Assembly: GCA_040285855.1 (NCBI GenBank)
Contig: JAUFOQ010000001.1
Coordinates: 3,286,001 to 3,350,000 of the forward strand
DNA: 64,000 nt
Direction: 5' to 3'
DNA from: Eukaryota sp. GEM-RC1
Taxonomy: Eukaryota
Below, one piece after another: positions 60,621 through 64,000 of this stretch. Numbering within the stretch: the first letter of the stretch is position 1; each line of letters starts with the position of its first letter. The position numbers were made by a program, and so were the translations under genes. Below the pieces are notes generated by a model. It worked only from the letters and a program-made list of their open reading frames with translations, was not told the DNA's origin and ran no database searches.

Positions 60621-62857
60621 AGAACTAGTCTTATCACCATCGTACTAGGGACCTAGTGTAGTACTCAAGACCACTTCGACTTGGTGTAGGGTACTTCAAA
60701 CGAGTTCCCCACAAACCCCTAAAACATGATGATCCCATTTTACATTTGTCACAAGAAGAAACTGTTTATAAAAAAGTTTAAACATTTCCCCCAATAGGAG
60801 GCTCTGAGGCCAGGTACTAAAAGGGTGACTACTCCTCTATCACCAATGCAGTGCACCTATTATCCAAAAGGCACAGGGCCCTCAAACAATAAACACAACA
60901 ACACAGCGAACGAAGATGTCTAAGCGGAATTGTCTAAGATCCATTGGTTACCCAACATCTCTCAGACTATCCTCGTGCAACCAGTTTTATGGCGTAGAAA
61001 CACGGCAGATCGATAAATCAATCTACAACTATCCCTATTACAGTCCCAGTACCATGCAGGACTTACTTAAAAATTAGTCAATGACTTTCACTTAGTATCA
61101 TTGACTTTGGTAGCATACAGTTGGTCGGTTACTGTTTGTAGTGTATACACAACATTTCTGTGCTTGTACCACTTTATTCTTCCCATCAAATCCATCACCA
61201 ATTTCAGCACTAAGTGCTACTGTGGTGTTGTCTTTAATGGGTAAAGTAGTCGTTGACTTGTCGATATAAAAATAATAAAGACTCGTCCTTTGACAATGTA
61301 CTGCTACTACCGACAGTCAATGTCAATTAAACTCAAAACAATCTTAGTCGTTTTTACGAAATTATAGTTTTCACTATTGTTTCCTACTAAGTGTATTCGA
61401 GTGTGGTACTGTCGTTTGATCCACGGCACAGACATGAACCATCAAGTACCATGGTTGAGACATGCACTAGTCACTTGGACGTGCATTTGGACTGTCAGTA
61501 TTAGATACCAACAGCCTTGGCCTATAGATATGATTCCAAAACAGAACCACTACAAACCTTAGGAGTATTAAGACTCTAGTTACTACACAGGAGTCTCTAC
61601 TCTTTGGTGTGTCATCATTGGTCTTAGTCAATGATACTTCAACCTTAGTCATTACAACCAAGGTCTAACCATCATTTATGCAACCAGACCTAAACACACA
61701 TGCATCTTAGAGAATTGCCAATTAATTGATTGCAATCAGTAATTGGACCGAACAATAGGGGCCAATCAATTGCAGTTGCCCTGTTCGTTTCCAAAATCCA
61801 CGAAACGAACAGAAAATACACTAAGTGCAAAAAGATGAAGAACCTCATATATCACTTCTACTTCTTTGGTTTCTTAACCTGATAAACGGTCTCTGTGGGT
61901 TTAATGCGTGTTCTGCGTCTAATTCCACAATTCAAGCAACTACATGTACATGAATTTGAGAGTATGGCATTGCGGTTTAGTCATTCAAAGTTGGTGATTG
62001 CTTGAATTCTATTGTCATTTGGCAAATTGTGTATACATCATGGAAAGAATTATGATGACATTTATTCGAGAGAAAGGTTGTCCTTGTATAAGTGTTTTGA
62101 TTCGACTTCAAACCGTCTCTTTGTATTGAGACATGAATGTGAGATGATCAGCTGTAATAATATTGACGGTAGTCCATACTCTGCAATTTGTAAATAAAAG
62201 ACGTTTTGTCTTCAAGTGAAGATATGCTCCGTTTAGTTAGTACTGACACATGACAATGTATTTGGAAGATGCATTCTGTTTGAAAAATGATCAGTACATG
62301 TATGTTGAAGTTTCTTTTTTTGAAAAGTAAAAATGGTCACTTTCCTAAACCAAATAATTGCCCAATTAATGTTAGCAAATGTGATACTGTAATTGCAATT
62401 CAATGTTAATTGTTTGTATTAAGATCTATTTATTGACAACAACACTACGGTGTACATACATCTAATAATCAATATCCTCAAAGTCCAGATTGCCTATCGG
62501 GAAATTTTGACCTTATCCTCATAATGTCTGCCAGGGAGATAATAAAGCGCTGGATACAGGAGTTATCATTCCTTTAAAGATAGCAAACACAATTCGATTT
62601 TCCAAAATCTAAGATCAAAATTCGTTGATTTTGGTATTCTACAATATACGTGTACTTACAAAATAAACGCCTTTTATTTCTTAATCGTACAAGTAAAGAC
62701 TATCATTAATATTAACAAATGATATACCAATTACTCTACAATCTACATCATCTCAAGATTCATCTTCCCAAAAATTTAAAGTAAAGTAATTAACTGATGC
62801 TGCAATTGTTCCATGCCTTGACCATACTATGCACAAGATTTTCCTACATCACCTTCC

Positions 62858-63754
62858 ATGTCTGATCCTAAACCTCCACTCAAGAGTAGTCGTTTACTAG
62901 ATGACTTCTCCACTACTGACAATGACGACTTGTCAGATACACTGTCATCCGCTCCTTACCCTTCCAAATGTATACACCTACAACAGTCTCTGTTATTCTT
63001 GATATGTCTTCAATTGTTTAGACGTCTAGTTAAGTCTTCTCTCGCGAACACAAGTTTCTATTTTCTACGGCATCTCAGCTATTTAACCCGAGATTTAATG
63101 ATCTTTTTCAACAAAGTTGGCTATGTAAGCCATCATTTCTTTGATACTACAGTTCTTGTAGTCAAAGAGTTTGTTAAATCCAACACGTTTCATGTCACAC
63201 CTGAATCATTTCCCCTCCTACAGTCATTTGCTTCTTTCTTTGGAGCAGAGGTGCAGTCTGTTTCCTTCGAGGTAAAGGGGACCTTTAATGTTGACATGTT
63301 TCTTAGCTATTCTAATATTATGACAGGATTAGAGATCTACTTAGAGAATTCCAGTGACTTAGACTTCCTCAACAAGTCTTCTTCTTTATTTCCACGACTT
63401 AAAGAACTTCAAGTGCATCCTGTTGATTCTCTTTCCTTGACATTGAAATTGATTGAATTATTGAAAGTTAATACTACAGTTACAAGTATTATTCTCGATC
63501 AAATCTCTGTTGGAGCTGAAGGTGTTAGAGCATTGGCAGAGATGTTGAAAGTTAATTCCACATTGACACATATTGATCTGTGTTACATAACTATTGGAGA
63601 TGAAGGTGCCAAAGCTTTGGCAGATGCTTTGAAAGTTAATACTGCAGTCACCAGTATTTTTCTGGATGATAGCTCCATTGCAGGTGTAGGTATTAAAGCA
63701 TTGGCAGGGGTTTCTAAAGTTAATACTACAGTCACAATGACTTTTTTTAATTAA
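62858..63754 (+). CDS. RI-like LRR protein paralog, possibly C-terminally truncated
   Basis: IGDEGAKALADALKVN repeats; N-terminal domain shared with 41625; ends mid-repeat 33 bp from a retroposon end. Confidence 0.8.
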   Translation: MSDPKPPLKSSRLLDDFSTTDNDDLSDTLSSAPYPSKCIHLQQSLLFLICLQLFRRLVKSSLANTSFYFLRHLSYLTRDLMIFFNKVGYVSHHFFDTTVLVVKEFVKSNTFHVTPESFPLLQSFASFFGAEVQSVSFEVKGTFNVDMFLSYSNIMTGLEIYLENSSDLDFLNKSSSLFPRLKELQVHPVDSLSLTLKLIELLKVNTTVTSIILDQISVGAEGVRALAEMLKVNSTLTHIDLCYITIGDEGAKALADALKVNTAVTSIFLDDSSIAGVGIKALAGVSKVNTTVTMTFFN

Positions 63755-63786
63755 TAGTCATTTATTCATGTAATATACTAAAAAAC

Positions 63787-64000
63787 CTAAAATTTGATAT
63801 CATTAAAACAACTAAGCCAATCACTATCAAATCTTACAACAGCTTTATTCTCACAAAAGGAACTCACTGCTAATAAAGCTTTGGAGATGATTAGGGTAAT
63901 TGTTTTAAAAACAGTAAAAGCAATACGATTCAATCGCATATGTTCAATGCGTTTATTCATCCTATTATTTCGAAATCCTTTGAACAAAATCAACGCATAT
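63787..64000 (-). mobile_element. RLE-retroposon 3'-end fragment
   Basis: NRIAFTVFKTITLIISKALLAVSSFCENKAVVRFDSDWLSCFNDIKF*. Confidence 0.8.

Noticed and set aside
60650..60670. GTGTAGTA (U2 branch-pairing motif) and ACTTACC (U1-like) matches at 3640 and 9283
   Set aside because: No surrounding snRNA structure or Sm site recognised; the ACTTACC hits lie in a transposon repeat.
1..64000. Alternative genetic code (stop reassignment) as the cause of fragmented ORFs
   Set aside because: TAA (RPL4), TAG (protease, Stealth) and TGA (TPK1, BTB) all end conserved proteins at the expected places. The breaks are frameshifts or introns, not in-frame stops.

Overview
AT-rich eukaryotic (protist-like, possibly metamonad; inference) genomic DNA using the standard code. 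Bases ~1-20,500 are mostly decayed transposons: L1/Tx1-like LINE pieces, RLE-type (CRE/NeSL-like) non-LTR fragments, gag/protease, hAT and IS630/Tc1 remnants, and a Ulp1-like pseudogene, with one Myb-repeat gene among them. Bases ~20,900-64,000 hold compact genes: four BTB-domain paralogs with swapped C-termini (one MIF4G, three SPRY-like), two RI-type LRR paralogs, a YAK1/DYRK kinase, a Stealth-family phosphotransferase, an LPCAT-like acyltransferase, RPL4, a membrane-anchored papain-family protease, an MLF-like protein, thiamine pyrophosphokinase, an RRM protein and tRNA-Phe(GAA). These are interleaved with RLE-retroposon fragments and hAT-type MITEs. Seven tiny 28-31 nt spliceosomal introns can be read directly (GTWTGK donor, fixed-distance YTNA..HAG 3' end). 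Most other ORF breaks are single-base homopolymer indels, most likely long-read assembly errors. Transposon remnant boundaries are approximate, and all family calls come from motif recognition by eye, not database searches.
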